DNA from: Pseudomonadales bacterium
Lineage (GTDB): Bacteria > Pseudomonadota > Gammaproteobacteria > Pseudomonadales > UBA7239
Direction of reading: 5' to 3'
Assembly: GCA_046347205.1 (NCBI GenBank)
Contig: JAXMGN010000001.1
Coordinates: 750,035 to 814,034, forward strand
DNA: 64,000 nt
Positions within the stretch are counted from its first letter, which is position 1, and the number at the start of each line of letters is the position of its first letter. The notes beneath the pieces were generated by a model. The model was not told where the DNA came from and made no database searches. It saw only the letters and a program-made list of their open reading frames with translations. Shown piece by piece: positions 1 through 9,821 of the stretch. The translations under genes and the position numbers were made by a program.

Positions 1-1052
1 GGTAAAATTTCTTTTAAGGCGATACTGCGCGGCACATTCCAGTAGGGGCTGAATACCAAACTGCTCAAGGTTTTCGTCATTAGCGGTGTTTGATTTTTGG
101 GTGCCTTTCCCACCACCACAGGCATTTGTAGCACAGGTTTGGTTTGCCCGCTGGCATCGGGTGCGTAAGCCCACAAGGTAAATTGCGGCACGTTGATTAA
201 TAAGTAACGCTTTTGTGGAATGTTATCGTCTAGCCAGCGCAGTCGCTCCATTGATAGCTCAATTTGTTGTACACGTTCAGGTAACGCGACTAACAAATTT
301 TCATACGTTTGTTTGCCGAGTACGCCATCAGGAATTTGACCGTGCTGTTGCTGAAACCGCTTAACACCGTCCACCACAGCGCCGTCATACAGTGACGTAG
401 CCGCCGTGTTCGCGGGAAGATCGCCCAATGTAATGAGCCACGCAGCTAACGCCGTTGTCCCGCTCCAATGTTCTTGCGGATTGAGTTTTTTGCTCGGCAA
501 GGGCGGCAGGGCGGGTGATGAAGGGTGCTGCTCTGCCAAGGTGCGGTACTGCACCAACAAGCGGCGCAAATTAGCGTATGGAGGAAAGGCGGGGCGCACC
601 GCGGCAATGGCGCCGGTTAAATCATTTGCGGTTAGTACGGCGGGCAGTTGTTGAAGGAACATGGCGCGCTTGGCGGATGTGTCTATTGCCATGCCCAAGT
701 TGCGTGGGTCTACGCGGCCGACGTGGAGATCACTGGCAAACCGTGCCACTGCTTTGCTCAGAGCTAGATCAAACTGAGCTTGTTGCACATCGTTGGCGTT
801 CGCAGGCAGTGAGGTCACGCTGTAGTCTCGACTGTTCAGACCATCAAAAGCGGCTTGGCTTAGCAGAGTTAATGCTTGGTTTGCGCGTGCAGAGGGTTGG
901 TGATTTTCCAGCCACAACGGCGCAAATTGGCGTGCTTCATAAATGGCACGCAAAGGCGGCTGCACTTGCTGGGCGATTTCCGTAGCAGGATCCGCAAACA
1001 ATGTTGTTGATGACAGCAGAAGTGAGAAACCAAACAGCAGCGAGCGTGGCAC
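1..1052 (-). CDS. L,D-transpeptidase, YcbB/LdtD-like (3' end runs off the window)
   Basis: Absent from the ORF track because it has no stop in the window. The minus-strand frame is open from 1052 to 1. GTG at 1052 is preceded by AAGGA. The N-terminus MPRSLLFGFSLLLSSTTLFA/DP looks like a signal peptide. RFQQQHGQIPDGVLGKQTYE is a peptidoglycan-binding-domain motif. The last residues VVVGKAPKNQTPLMTKTLSSLVFSPYWNVPRSIALKEIL match the entry into the YkuD catalytic domain of YcbB-type enzymes. Track ORFs 406..654 and 578..985 (+) are antisense shadows. Confidence 0.75.
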   Translation of the reverse strand, partial: MPRSLLFGFSLLLSSTTLFADPATEIAQQVQPPLRAIYEARQFAPLWLENHQPSARANQALTLLSQAAFDGLNSRDYSVTSLPANANDVQQAQFDLALSKAVARFASDLHVGRVDPRNLGMAIDTSAKRAMFLQQLPAVLTANDLTGAIAAVRPAFPPYANLRRLLVQYRTLAEQHPSSPALPPLPSKKLNPQEHWSGTTALAAWLITLGDLPANTAATSLYDGAVVDGVKRFQQQHGQIPDGVLGKQTYENLLVALPERVQQIELSMERLRWLDDNIPQKRYLLINVPQFTLWAYAPDASGQTKPVLQMPVVVGKAPKNQTPLMTKTLSSLVFSPYWNVPRSIALKEIL

Positions 1053-1152
1053 GAAGAGGCATCCTTGTTCTTAAAGTGAATGGTGCGTGACGATCATAGC
1101 GCAAACAGCGGCGTGGCTGGTAAAATTACAAGCGCTAAAGCGAGAGGTCACT

Positions 1153-1908
1153 ATGAGCAAACCCTTCACAACAAGTATTGACAGCCATGGCATTGCTGAG
1201 TTGATTTTTAATAAACCGCCGGTTAATGCGTTTACTTCACAAGGTTGGGCTGATATAGCCGCAGAGATTGAAGCGCTGGGAAAAAATGCTGCCGTGCGTG
1301 TGATTATTATCGCAGCCGAAGGTCGTGGGTTTTGTGCTGGTGTGGATATCAAAGAATTGGCAGCGGACGGCAATTTAATTACCAAAGTGAACAAAGGTAA
1401 TTACGACACCTTCCAAGCGATTCACCGCAATTCTAAACCGGTGATTGTGGCGGTACACGGTTTTGTGTTGGGTGGTGGCATTGGTATTTCTGGTGCGGCA
1501 GATATTATTGTTGCTTCCGAATGTGCCACGTTTGCCGTGCCGGAAGTAGACCGCGGCGCGATGGGCGGCGGTGCGCATTTGCAGCGCATGTTCCCCGTAC
1601 AAAAAGTGCGCTATATGTATTTCACCGGCGAAGCAATCACCGCACAGGAAGCTTATCGTTTAGGTGCGGTAGAAAAAGTAGTGCCCAAAGAACAACTGCG
1701 CGAAACCGCGCGTGAGATTGCGTTAAAAATTGCTGAGAAAAGTCCGGTGATGATCGCGTTGGCAAAAGAAGCGCTGACCGGCATTGAAGATGGCAACTTA
1801 GAAGATAAGTATCGCTGGGAGCAGGGTTTTACTTTGCAGGCGTACAGCGATAAAGACTCACAAGAAGCGCGTGATGCCTTTGTGGAAAAGCGTGACGCAA
1901 AATTCTGA
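1153..1908 (+). CDS. enoyl-CoA hydratase/isomerase (crotonase) family protein
   Basis: Crotonase-fold motifs are present: NKPPVNAF, AAEGRGFCAGVDIKE, VHGFVLGGGIGISGAADI. I chose the ATG at 1153 (MSKPF..., preceded by AGAGG) over the track start at 1087. Confidence 0.85.
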   Translation: MSKPFTTSIDSHGIAELIFNKPPVNAFTSQGWADIAAEIEALGKNAAVRVIIIAAEGRGFCAGVDIKELAADGNLITKVNKGNYDTFQAIHRNSKPVIVAVHGFVLGGGIGISGAADIIVASECATFAVPEVDRGAMGGGAHLQRMFPVQKVRYMYFTGEAITAQEAYRLGAVEKVVPKEQLRETAREIALKIAEKSPVMIALAKEALTGIEDGNLEDKYRWEQGFTLQAYSDKDSQEARDAFVEKRDAKF

Positions 1909-1920
1909 TTGGTATCAGTG

Positions 1921-2577
1921 ATGAACAAACGTGTAGCAGTGGTGTTATCCGGTTGCGGCGTGTACGACGGCGCAGAAGTGTATGAAGCTGTACTGAGCTT
2001 GCTGCATCTTTCACAAGCGGGCGCGCAGGTGCAATGCTTCGCACCCGATATGCCGCAGCTGCATGTAGTCAATCATTTAACAGGCGAAGTGGCCGCAGGC
2101 GAAACGCGCAATGTGTTGGTGGAAGCAGCGCGCGTGGTGCGCGGGCAGATCAAACCCGTCACTGCTGCACGTGCGGAAGATTTTGATGCCTTGATTGTGC
2201 CGGGCGGTTTTGGTGCCGCAAAAAATTTGTGCGATTTTGCTAGCAATGGTGCCGCGTTGACCGTACAAAAAGATTTTCTGGCGTTTGCGCAGGCGATGCA
2301 CGCAGCAAAAAAACCGATAGGCTTGATTTGTATTGCACCCACCATGGCTGCTGCCATTTGCGGCGCTGGTACCAAAACCACCATCGGCAATGATGCAGAA
2401 ACCGCGGCAGCGGTGAATGCCACAGGTGCACTGCATTGTCCTTGCGAAGTGCAAGATATTTGCGTGGATCGTGAGAAGAAATTGGTCACCACACCTGCAT
2501 ACATGTTGGCACACTCCATTGTAGAAGCGAGTGCAGGTATCGGCAAATTAGTGACCGAGGTCTTGGCGCTGGTTTGA
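1921..2577 (+). CDS. elbB: ElbB-type DJ-1/PfpI family glyoxalase-like protein
   Basis: MNKRVAVVLSGCGVYDGAEVYEAVL..., LIVPGGFGAAKNL and KPIGLICIAP are typical of ElbB. The ATG at 1921 lies just after the upstream stop. Confidence 0.8.
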   Translation: MNKRVAVVLSGCGVYDGAEVYEAVLSLLHLSQAGAQVQCFAPDMPQLHVVNHLTGEVAAGETRNVLVEAARVVRGQIKPVTAARAEDFDALIVPGGFGAAKNLCDFASNGAALTVQKDFLAFAQAMHAAKKPIGLICIAPTMAAAICGAGTKTTIGNDAETAAAVNATGALHCPCEVQDICVDREKKLVTTPAYMLAHSIVEASAGIGKLVTEVLALV

Positions 2578-2578
2578 T

Positions 2579-3718
2579 ATGGAAATTCGGCAACAGAGTT
2601 TGCAGCCGTTGCCGGTATGGGATTCTGAACAGGTCTTTTTTTCTGCCACACAATGGTTTGCTGAATTGTTGGCAGGCATCAACTGCGCCACACAAACTGT
2701 TTATCTACAAACCTATATTTTTGCCTTGGATACCGTGGGCGAGCCGCTGTTGCAGGCTCTGTGTGCAGCGGCAGCGCGCGGTGTCCGTGTCTGCGTGATT
2801 GTTGATGGCGTGGGTTCGGCCAGTGCTGTGACGACTTTGCAAGCAAAGCTCACACACAGCGGTGCGCAATTGCATATTTATCACCCACTGCCTTGGGCGT
2901 GGGTATCCAGCCAGTTGGAGCGCAACGAAAATTTCTGGCAGTTTTTTAAGCGTTTGTTGCGTGTCAATAATCGTCAGCACAGCAAATTATGCTTGATCGA
3001 CAACCACTGCGCATGGATAGGAAGCTTTAATATCACAGACGATCACATGGAGAATAACGGGCGCGGCATGGATTGGAAAGACTGCGGCGTGCGCGTCACA
3101 GGTGAACGCAGTGAGTTGTTGCGCGAATTTTTTGAAGCCGTGTGGTTCGATGATGAAAAAAAACTATCTCCGCTTTTTCTTTTTCATTCCGTGACAAATT
3201 TCAGCCGACTTCTGCGTCGGCGACGTTTGCGCGTGATGCTACAAAGTCTATATACCGCTAAAAAACGCGTCTGGATTGTCAGTGCCTATTTTTCCCCGGT
3301 ACCATCTTTAGTGCGCGCGCTAAAGAAAGTCAGCCGCCGTGGTGTTGATGTGCGCGTTCTGGTGCCAGCATATTCTGATGTAAAGTTTTTCCCAGCGTTA
3401 TCCAGCACCTATTACGCCGATTTACTGCGCGCTGGCATCAAAATATACGAATACGAAGCGGGTATTTTGCACACCAAGTTAATGGTGGTGGATGATGATG
3501 TGCTGATAGGCAGCAGCAATATGAATCACCGCAGCATGTTGCATGATGTCGAGCTGGACGTGCAGGTTTTTTCTGAAGCGGTTAAAAAACATATCGTCGA
3601 TGATTTTCTTGCCAGCCTAGGAGATAGCAGGCAAATCACACAAAAAAATATCAGCCGTTTTTATGCTTGGCTGTTGGTGATAGGACAAATCCCGCGCCTG
3701 CTGCGCTACTGGTTGTGA
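2579..3718 (+). CDS. clsB: phospholipase D-family cardiolipin synthase, ClsB-like
   Basis: Two HKD motifs are present: HSKLCLIDNHCAWIGSFNI and HTKLMVVDDDVLIGSSNMN. There is no N-terminal TM segment. An EEP-family gene follows directly, as in E. coli clsB-ybhP. Confidence 0.75.
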   Translation: MEIRQQSLQPLPVWDSEQVFFSATQWFAELLAGINCATQTVYLQTYIFALDTVGEPLLQALCAAAARGVRVCVIVDGVGSASAVTTLQAKLTHSGAQLHIYHPLPWAWVSSQLERNENFWQFFKRLLRVNNRQHSKLCLIDNHCAWIGSFNITDDHMENNGRGMDWKDCGVRVTGERSELLREFFEAVWFDDEKKLSPLFLFHSVTNFSRLLRRRRLRVMLQSLYTAKKRVWIVSAYFSPVPSLVRALKKVSRRGVDVRVLVPAYSDVKFFPALSSTYYADLLRAGIKIYEYEAGILHTKLMVVDDDVLIGSSNMNHRSMLHDVELDVQVFSEAVKKHIVDDFLASLGDSRQITQKNISRFYAWLLVIGQIPRLLRYWL

Positions 3719-3727
3719 GTGGGTGTT

Positions 3728-4444
3728 ATGCGCGTGCTGTCCTATAACATTCATAAAGGTTTTGCGATGGGCAATCGCGCCTTGGTGTTGCAAGATATTC
3801 GCAAAGCGATTCGCACCACGCGAGCGGATATTGTCTGCTTGCAAGAAGTGGTGGGAGCCAATCAGCGTTACGCTGCACGCATGGAGCAGTGGATAGACGC
3901 GCAGTTTGAATTTCTCGCCGATCAAGTGTGGGATTACAAAACCTACGGTAAAAACGCTGTCTACGATCACGGACATCACGGCAATGCTATTTTAAGCAAA
4001 GTGCCTTTTACGCATTACGCGAATCACGACATCAGCGTGCTGCCCTTGTCGCAGCGCGGTGTGTTGCACGCCGTTACCGAAGACGGCGTGCATGTGCTGT
4101 GCGCGCATTTGGGTTTGTTGTCGCTGGAGCGTCGCTATCAAACGGCGCGCTTGCGAAAATTACTGGATGACATTCCAGCAACCGCACCACTGGTGTTAGC
4201 GGGTGATTTCAATGACTGGGATCGGCAAGTGCATCGCGGTTTATGCCGCTGGGGCCTGCGGGAGGCAACGCAGGAAGCCACAGGCTCGCTGCCCAAGACA
4301 TTCCCCGCACATTTTCCGTTGCTGTGCGTGGATCGCATTTACTACCGCCATCTCAGTTTGGTCAGCGCGGGCTGCGCGGCAGGGCAGCACTGGCAGCGGT
4401 TGTCAGATCACCGCCCGCTGTGCGCCGAATTCCGCTTGCGTTGA
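3728..4444 (+). CDS. endonuclease/exonuclease/phosphatase (EEP) family protein, YbhP-like
   Basis: MRVLSYNIHKG..., DIVCLQEV, GDFNDW and SDHRPL are EEP motifs. The start is ambiguous between GTG 3719 and ATG 3728. Confidence 0.75.
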   Translation: MRVLSYNIHKGFAMGNRALVLQDIRKAIRTTRADIVCLQEVVGANQRYAARMEQWIDAQFEFLADQVWDYKTYGKNAVYDHGHHGNAILSKVPFTHYANHDISVLPLSQRGVLHAVTEDGVHVLCAHLGLLSLERRYQTARLRKLLDDIPATAPLVLAGDFNDWDRQVHRGLCRWGLREATQEATGSLPKTFPAHFPLLCVDRIYYRHLSLVSAGCAAGQHWQRLSDHRPLCAEFRLR

Positions 4445-4551
4445 GAGCACTTAGCCTTGTGAGCATTAGGCGCTTTGCGTAAACTGGCAGACCGCGCTGA
4501 AGGCACGAGTTTTTGACTTTCAGCATCGCTCCATCCGTTAGGTGTTAAGCA

Positions 4552-4824
4552 ATGGCTCGAATCACTGTAGAAGATTGTCTCCCCCACGTTGAAAACCGCT
4601 TTGAGCTGGTGATGAAGGGCGCAAAGCGCGCGCGTCAATTGGCTGTGAAAGGGCGCGAACCTTTAGTGCCTTGGGAAAATGACAAACCGACCGTCGTGGC
4701 GCTGCGTGAAATCGAGTTGGGTCTGATTACTCCTGAAGTCTTGGAAGAGCCTTTGGAAGACCGCTTTAAGCACTTGGCCGAGCGTCCTTACGACAACAAC
4801 GCACCCGACGACGACACCGACTGA
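4552..4824 (+). CDS. rpoZ: DNA-directed RNA polymerase subunit omega
   Basis: [30 protein letters not shown] is the canonical RpoZ N-terminus. The gene sits directly upstream of spoT. Confidence 0.95.
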   Translation: MARITVEDCLPHVENRFELVMKGAKRARQLAVKGREPLVPWENDKPTVVALREIELGLITPEVLEEPLEDRFKHLAERPYDNNAPDDDTD

Positions 4825-4843
4825 GGTTTTTAAGGGGGTCTGA

Positions 4844-6970
4844 TTGCAAACTATTGATACGTTCTGCCACGGGCTGTCCTCTTACTTACCCTCCGCACAG
4901 GTACAGCAGGTTCGCCGTGCCTACTACTACTCTGAACAGGCTCACGACGGTCAAACGCGCCGCAGTGGTGAGCCTTACGTCACCCATCCGCTAGCTGTTG
5001 CCGGCATTCTCGCGGATCAAAAACTCGATCATCACAGCCTGATCGCCGCGCTATTGCACGATGTCATCGAAGACACGGGCATCAGCAAAAACGCTTTGGC
5101 CGAGCAATTTGGCGATACGGTGGCAGACTTGGTGGATGGCGTCAGCAAATTGACGCAAATTGAATTTACCTCCAAGGCCGAAGCGCAGGCTGAGAACTTT
5201 CAAAAAATGGCGATGGCAATGGCGAAAGATATACGCGTCATCCTCGTCAAATTGGCGGATCGCCTGCACAACATGCGCACGCTCGGTGTGCTTAAACCGG
5301 AAAAACGCCGCCGCATTGCGCGCGAAACCCTCGAAATCTACGCACCGATAGCTAACCGGCTCGGCATGAACAGCTTGCGCGTGGAGTTCCAAAATTTGGG
5401 GTTTCAGGCGCTGTACCCGATGCGGGCATCGCGCATTGCTGCTGCGGTGCGCGCCGCGCGCGGGCATCGCAAAGAAGTCGTCAACAAAATTGAAGAAAAT
5501 ATCAAACGCTGTTTGGCGCAGGAAGGGCATGTCGCCGAAGTGATGGGGCGCGAAAAAAATCTGTACAGCATCTACATGAAGATGCGCAGCAAACACAAAT
5601 CATTTGCCGACATCATGGACGTTTACGCTTTCCGTATTGTGGTGGACAGCGTAGACAGCTGTTATCGCGTACTCGGCGTGATGCACAGCTTGTACAAACC
5701 CGTACACAGCGAGTTTCGCGATTACATCGCCATTCCCAAAACCAACGGCTATCAATCGTTGCATACGGTTTTAATTGGCATGCACGGTTTGCCCATAGAA
5801 GTGCAAATTCGTACGCGCGAAATGGACGTAGTGGCAGAGAGTGGCATTGCTTCACACTGGTTGTACAAAAGTGAAGATGAAAATAAACCCCCCGCCGGCG
5901 CTGTGCGTGCGCGTGAGTGGATACGTAATTTATTAGAAATTCAAAAAAGTACTGGCAATTCGTTGGAATTTATCGAGCACGTTAAAATCGACTTGTTTCC
6001 AGATGAAGTGTATATCTTCACGCCAACGGGAGAAATTATTGAGTTGCCTGTTGGTGCAACGGCTGTAGATTTTGCGTATGCCGTGCATACGGATATTGGC
6101 AATGCCTGTGTGGCGTGCCGTATCAATCGTCAGTTGGCGCCGCTGTCCCAACCTTTAGAGAGCGGGCAGGTAGTCGCTATTGTGACGGCGCCTGGCGCAC
6201 AACCCAATCCAGCCTGGCTGAATTTTGTTACCACTGGCAAAGCGCGTAGTGCCATTCGTCATTTTATGAAAACGCAACGGCATACAGAGTCTACAGATTT
6301 GGGACGTCGCCTGCTGGAAAAAGCACTACTGGGTATGGGGCAGCATTTGGAACAAATTGCTCCTGAAAAAATTCAAGAGTTATTACAGCAATCAAATGTT
6401 GAACACTTTGACGATATTTTAGAAGGTATCGGCTTGGGCAATCGCGTTGCTTATGTCGTGGCTAAGCGTTTGGTGGCGGATGAACACCAACAAGCCGTCA
6501 ACAGCAAACAAGCGCGGCGCGCACAAGCGCCCTTGATGATTGATGTGGCTGATGGCGCGGTAATCAGTTTTGCGCGCTGTTGCCGCCCCATTCCTGGTGA
6601 CCCCATCATTGCTCATATCAGTGCCGGACGCGGTTTGGTGGTGCATACAGATGTCTGCAAAAACATTGCAGATATTCGCGACAACACAGAAAAATGTTTG
6701 ATGGTGAATTGGTCGCCCGATGTCAGCGGCGAATTTATTGTGGATGTGCGCGTGGAAGTGAACAATGAGCGCGGCATTATTGCGCAGCTCGCGACGCGTA
6801 TTACCGACATGGAAGCCAATATTGATAAAATTGCATTTGAAGAAAAAGATGCCGGTTTTCGGGTGATTACCTTGTCTATTGCGGTGCGCAACCGTTTGCA
6901 TCTGGCCAATATCATGCGCAAGATTCGCACGCTGCCGCCAGTGGTGCGCACCGTTCGCGTAAAAAATTAA
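4844..6970 (+). CDS. spoT: bifunctional (p)ppGpp synthetase/pyrophosphohydrolase SpoT
   Basis: An HD domain (GEPYVTHPLAVAGILA...LLHDVIEDT), a RelA/SpoT synthetase domain, and TGS and ACT regions are present in 708 aa. The TTG start at 4844 is preceded by AAGGGGG. Confidence 0.95.
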   Translation: MQTIDTFCHGLSSYLPSAQVQQVRRAYYYSEQAHDGQTRRSGEPYVTHPLAVAGILADQKLDHHSLIAALLHDVIEDTGISKNALAEQFGDTVADLVDGVSKLTQIEFTSKAEAQAENFQKMAMAMAKDIRVILVKLADRLHNMRTLGVLKPEKRRRIARETLEIYAPIANRLGMNSLRVEFQNLGFQALYPMRASRIAAAVRAARGHRKEVVNKIEENIKRCLAQEGHVAEVMGREKNLYSIYMKMRSKHKSFADIMDVYAFRIVVDSVDSCYRVLGVMHSLYKPVHSEFRDYIAIPKTNGYQSLHTVLIGMHGLPIEVQIRTREMDVVAESGIASHWLYKSEDENKPPAGAVRAREWIRNLLEIQKSTGNSLEFIEHVKIDLFPDEVYIFTPTGEIIELPVGATAVDFAYAVHTDIGNACVACRINRQLAPLSQPLESGQVVAIVTAPGAQPNPAWLNFVTTGKARSAIRHFMKTQRHTESTDLGRRLLEKALLGMGQHLEQIAPEKIQELLQQSNVEHFDDILEGIGLGNRVAYVVAKRLVADEHQQAVNSKQARRAQAPLMIDVADGAVISFARCCRPIPGDPIIAHISAGRGLVVHTDVCKNIADIRDNTEKCLMVNWSPDVSGEFIVDVRVEVNNERGIIAQLATRITDMEANIDKIAFEEKDAGFRVITLSIAVRNRLHLANIMRKIRTLPPVVRTVRVKN

Positions 6971-7000
6971 ACCGTTTAATGTTCTGTTACTGGAAACACG

Positions 7001-7384
7001 ATGACTAACAAAGCCGTTATTCAAACCGAAAAAGCACCTGCAGCCATTGGCACTTATTCACAGGCAATCAAAGTGAATAACACAGTGTATTTGTCGGGGC
7101 AGATTCCCTTAGATCCTATCAGTATGCAAATGGTCGATGGCGATATGCGCGCGCAAATCACGCAAGTGTTTGAAAATTTATCTGCTGTGTGTGAAGCCGC
7201 TGGCGGCAGCTTAAAAGATATTGTCAAGCTCAATATTTTTCTGGTCGATCTCGCACATTTTGCGCTAGTGAATGAAGTGATGGCGCAATATTTCGCTCAG
7301 CCTTATCCGGCGCGTGCCGCTGTGGGTGTCGCCAGCTTACCGCGCGCAGCACAAGTGGAAATGGACGGTGTGATGGTGATTTAA
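7001..7384 (+). CDS. ridA: RidA family reactive enamine/imine deaminase
   Basis: 127 aa. [28 protein letters not shown] and [12 protein letters not shown] are YjgF/RidA signatures. The position after spoT matches Pseudomonas. Confidence 0.9.
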   Translation: MTNKAVIQTEKAPAAIGTYSQAIKVNNTVYLSGQIPLDPISMQMVDGDMRAQITQVFENLSAVCEAAGGSLKDIVKLNIFLVDLAHFALVNEVMAQYFAQPYPARAAVGVASLPRAAQVEMDGVMVI

Positions 7385-7402
7385 CACCGCCGTTCTTTGC
7401 CG

Positions 7403-8740
7403 TTATTTCTTCAGCAGTTTTAGCGCATCTTGTAATTGATTGTCTTCCGTTGATGTATTGCTGTTCGGCTTGATAGTCGCAGCAGGCGCAGCATTTTCTT
7501 CGCGCTTGGCATCGCTTTGATCGGATGTGGTTTTTTTCTTATTCTGTGCCTTGCTATTCACGATGTGTTTTTCAAGGCTTGCTTCGGAAGTGAGCGCTGA
7601 GGATTGCGCGGCGGAAATATTGTTATCGCTGTCTGCAATATCCGGCTTAATACCTTCAGCCTGTATTGAGCGACCGCTCGGCGTGTAATACAGCGCGGTA
7701 GTGAGTTTGATGGCTTTTTTCTCACTGATAGGAATCACGGTTTGCACCGTGCCTTTGCCAAATGTATTGGTACCGAGAATTTTTGCGCGGTGATTGTCTT
7801 GCAGTGCGCCCGCAACAATTTCCGCCGCTGACGCTGTGCCTTGGTTGACCAACACAATCATCGGTACTTGCGGCAGCATTTCGCCAGCGGTTGCGCTGTA
7901 GCGCGTATTGCTGCTGGGAATGCGGCCTTTGGTGTAAACGATCAAGCCTTTGTTGAGAAACACATCGGCAACGCCAACGGCTTCATCCAATAATCCGCCG
8001 GGGTTGTTGCGTAAATCCAATACCAAGCCGCGTATCTCACCTTGTTTTTGCAGCACAGCCAATGCCTGTTTCAATTCGTCGGTCGTGCTGGCCTGAAATT
8101 GCGCGATGCGTACATAGGCGTAACCAGGCGCTAACATTTTTTCTTTCACACTGCGCGTTTTAATGATTTCGCGCACGAGATTAAATTCCAGTGGCTGCTC
8201 TTGCTGGCTGCGCATAACAGTCAGTTTGATGGCTGTGCCCACGTCGCCGCGCATTAGGTTGACGGCATCATTCATGCTCATGCCTTGCACAGATTGCGTG
8301 TCAATTTTGATGATGATGTCGCCGGCGTGAATACCTGCGCGACTGGCAGGCGTGTCATCAACAGGCGCAATGACTTTAATCAAGCCATCCGCAGCGCCCA
8401 CTTCAATACCTAAGCCGCCAAACTCACCGGTGGTCATATTTTTCAGATCGTTGAAATCCGTTTCATCCAGATAGGCAGAGTGTGGATCCAGTTCGCCGAT
8501 CATGCCGCGTATAGCATTTTCCAGCAGTGTTTTATCGCTCACTGGCTCCACATAAGCTGCACGAATTTGCTCTAGCACCAAGGAGAAAGTGCGTAGGTCA
8601 TCCAGCGGTAACTGCCCTTCGGCGGTCGAGGCCGCCGCAGTGTCTTGGCTCGCTGCGCGTACATTTTCTGCGCTGCAAAAGAACACACCCAAACAAACGC
8701 TTAACGCGATCGCAGACAAACACCGAGAGAGCAGAGGCAT
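7403..8740 (-). CDS. S41 family carboxy-terminal processing peptidase
   Basis: It has a signal peptide, a PDZ region (GGLGIEVG...GDIIIKID), LVLDLRNNPGGLL and the catalytic block TASAAEIVAGALQD...GTNTFGKG. Confidence 0.9.
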   Translation of the reverse strand: MPLLSRCLSAIALSVCLGVFFCSAENVRAASQDTAAASTAEGQLPLDDLRTFSLVLEQIRAAYVEPVSDKTLLENAIRGMIGELDPHSAYLDETDFNDLKNMTTGEFGGLGIEVGAADGLIKVIAPVDDTPASRAGIHAGDIIIKIDTQSVQGMSMNDAVNLMRGDVGTAIKLTVMRSQQEQPLEFNLVREIIKTRSVKEKMLAPGYAYVRIAQFQASTTDELKQALAVLQKQGEIRGLVLDLRNNPGGLLDEAVGVADVFLNKGLIVYTKGRIPSSNTRYSATAGEMLPQVPMIVLVNQGTASAAEIVAGALQDNHRAKILGTNTFGKGTVQTVIPISEKKAIKLTTALYYTPSGRSIQAEGIKPDIADSDNNISAAQSSALTSEASLEKHIVNSKAQNKKKTTSDQSDAKREENAAPAATIKPNSNTSTEDNQLQDALKLLKK

Positions 8741-8812
8741 GCAGAGGGTTCCAAGAATGTCGATAGAATGAGCAGAGATGCTAACGGAAGTCTAGGAGCT
8801 TAACCAGTTGCC

Positions 8813-9250
8813 ATGAAAGCCTTAATTCAGCGCGTTTGCAGCGCGCATGTTGCGGTGCAGGATGAAACAGTGGGGGAAATTGCGCGCGGCGTGCTCGTGC
8901 TATTGGGTGTGGAGCGGCACGATGATCGCGCGCTGGCGCAAAAACTGTGCGACAAAATTTTACGTTACCGCATGTTTGCCGATGCAGAAGGCAAAATGAA
9001 TTTGTCGGTGCGCGATATTGCGGGTGGCGTGTTGGTGGTTTCGCAATTTACTTTGGCTGCCGACACCCGCAGCGGCTTGCGTCCGTCATTTTCTTCTGGC
9101 GCAACACCCGAGCAGGCGCGGGAGCTTTACGAATACAGCATCAATTATTTGCGCCAACAGCACGCGCCTATTGCCACAGGTATTTTTGCAGCCGATATGC
9201 AAGTGCATTTAATCAACGACGGCCCCGTCACATTTTTGCTGTCGGTCTAA
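8813..9250 (+). CDS. dtd: D-aminoacyl-tRNA deacylase
   Basis: 145 aa. MKALIQRV..., SQFTL and the GPVT motif near the C-terminus (NDGPVTFLL) are present. Confidence 0.95.
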   Translation: MKALIQRVCSAHVAVQDETVGEIARGVLVLLGVERHDDRALAQKLCDKILRYRMFADAEGKMNLSVRDIAGGVLVVSQFTLAADTRSGLRPSFSSGATPEQARELYEYSINYLRQQHAPIATGIFAADMQVHLINDGPVTFLLSV

Positions 9251-9260
9251 CAGGAAATGC

Positions 9261-9749
9261 ATGATGAAAAAAGACAGCCACGGCAAACAATTTTCCGCAT
9301 CCATGAGTGATGCTGTGCGCGAGCAATTGTTGCAAGAACAAGACGAGTGTACGTTTATTTGGCAAGGGAAAAATGATGCGCTCGGCACCATCATGAGTTT
9401 TGTGTGGGCGGATGGCTGCGTGTGGTTAACCACCAACGATCAGCGCCCGCGCGTTAATGCAGTGCGCAGAACAGGCCGCGCTTCGGTGGTGATCTCATCT
9501 GCTGGCACAACGCTGGGCGATAGTCGCTGTATCAGCCTCAGCGGCGCGTGTACGGTGTTGGATGATGCGCAGACGCGGCGCTGGTTTTTCCCGCTCTTTT
9601 GTCAAAAATTATTGCCAGACAATAGCAAAGCACAGGCAACCATGCGCGATTTGCTGGATAGAGAAGGGCAAGTGATTCTGCGTGTAAAGCCCGACAAAGT
9701 GACCGCCTATGATGGCGACGCGCTGATGCGCCAGTTAGAGGCGCAGTAA
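9261..9749 (+). CDS. pyridoxamine 5'-phosphate oxidase-like (PPOX split-barrel) family protein, putative
   Basis: 162 aa. The pattern VWLTTNDQRPRVNAVRRTGRASVVISS resembles PPOX-class flavin/F420-binding proteins. This is a weak motif-level call only. Confidence 0.45.
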   Translation: MMKKDSHGKQFSASMSDAVREQLLQEQDECTFIWQGKNDALGTIMSFVWADGCVWLTTNDQRPRVNAVRRTGRASVVISSAGTTLGDSRCISLSGACTVLDDAQTRRWFFPLFCQKLLPDNSKAQATMRDLLDREGQVILRVKPDKVTAYDGDALMRQLEAQ

Positions 9750-9774
9750 ATAAAAACACTATTGTGATAGGCAT

Positions 9775-9805
9775 AAAAAAACCGGGTTGCCCCGGTTTCC
9801 TTTTT
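9775..9805. terminator. bidirectional intrinsic terminator between convergent genes
   Basis: The sequence aaaaaaACCGGGttgcCCCGGTttcctttttc forms a GC stem. It is flanked by an A-run on one side and a T-run on the other. Confidence 0.75.
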
Positions 9806-9821
9806 CATGCTGCACGCGGCG

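Noticed and set aside
406-985. Plus-strand ORFs 406..654 and 578..985
   Set aside because: They are antisense to an open minus-strand frame encoding a recognisable YcbB-type L,D-transpeptidase that runs off the window edge.
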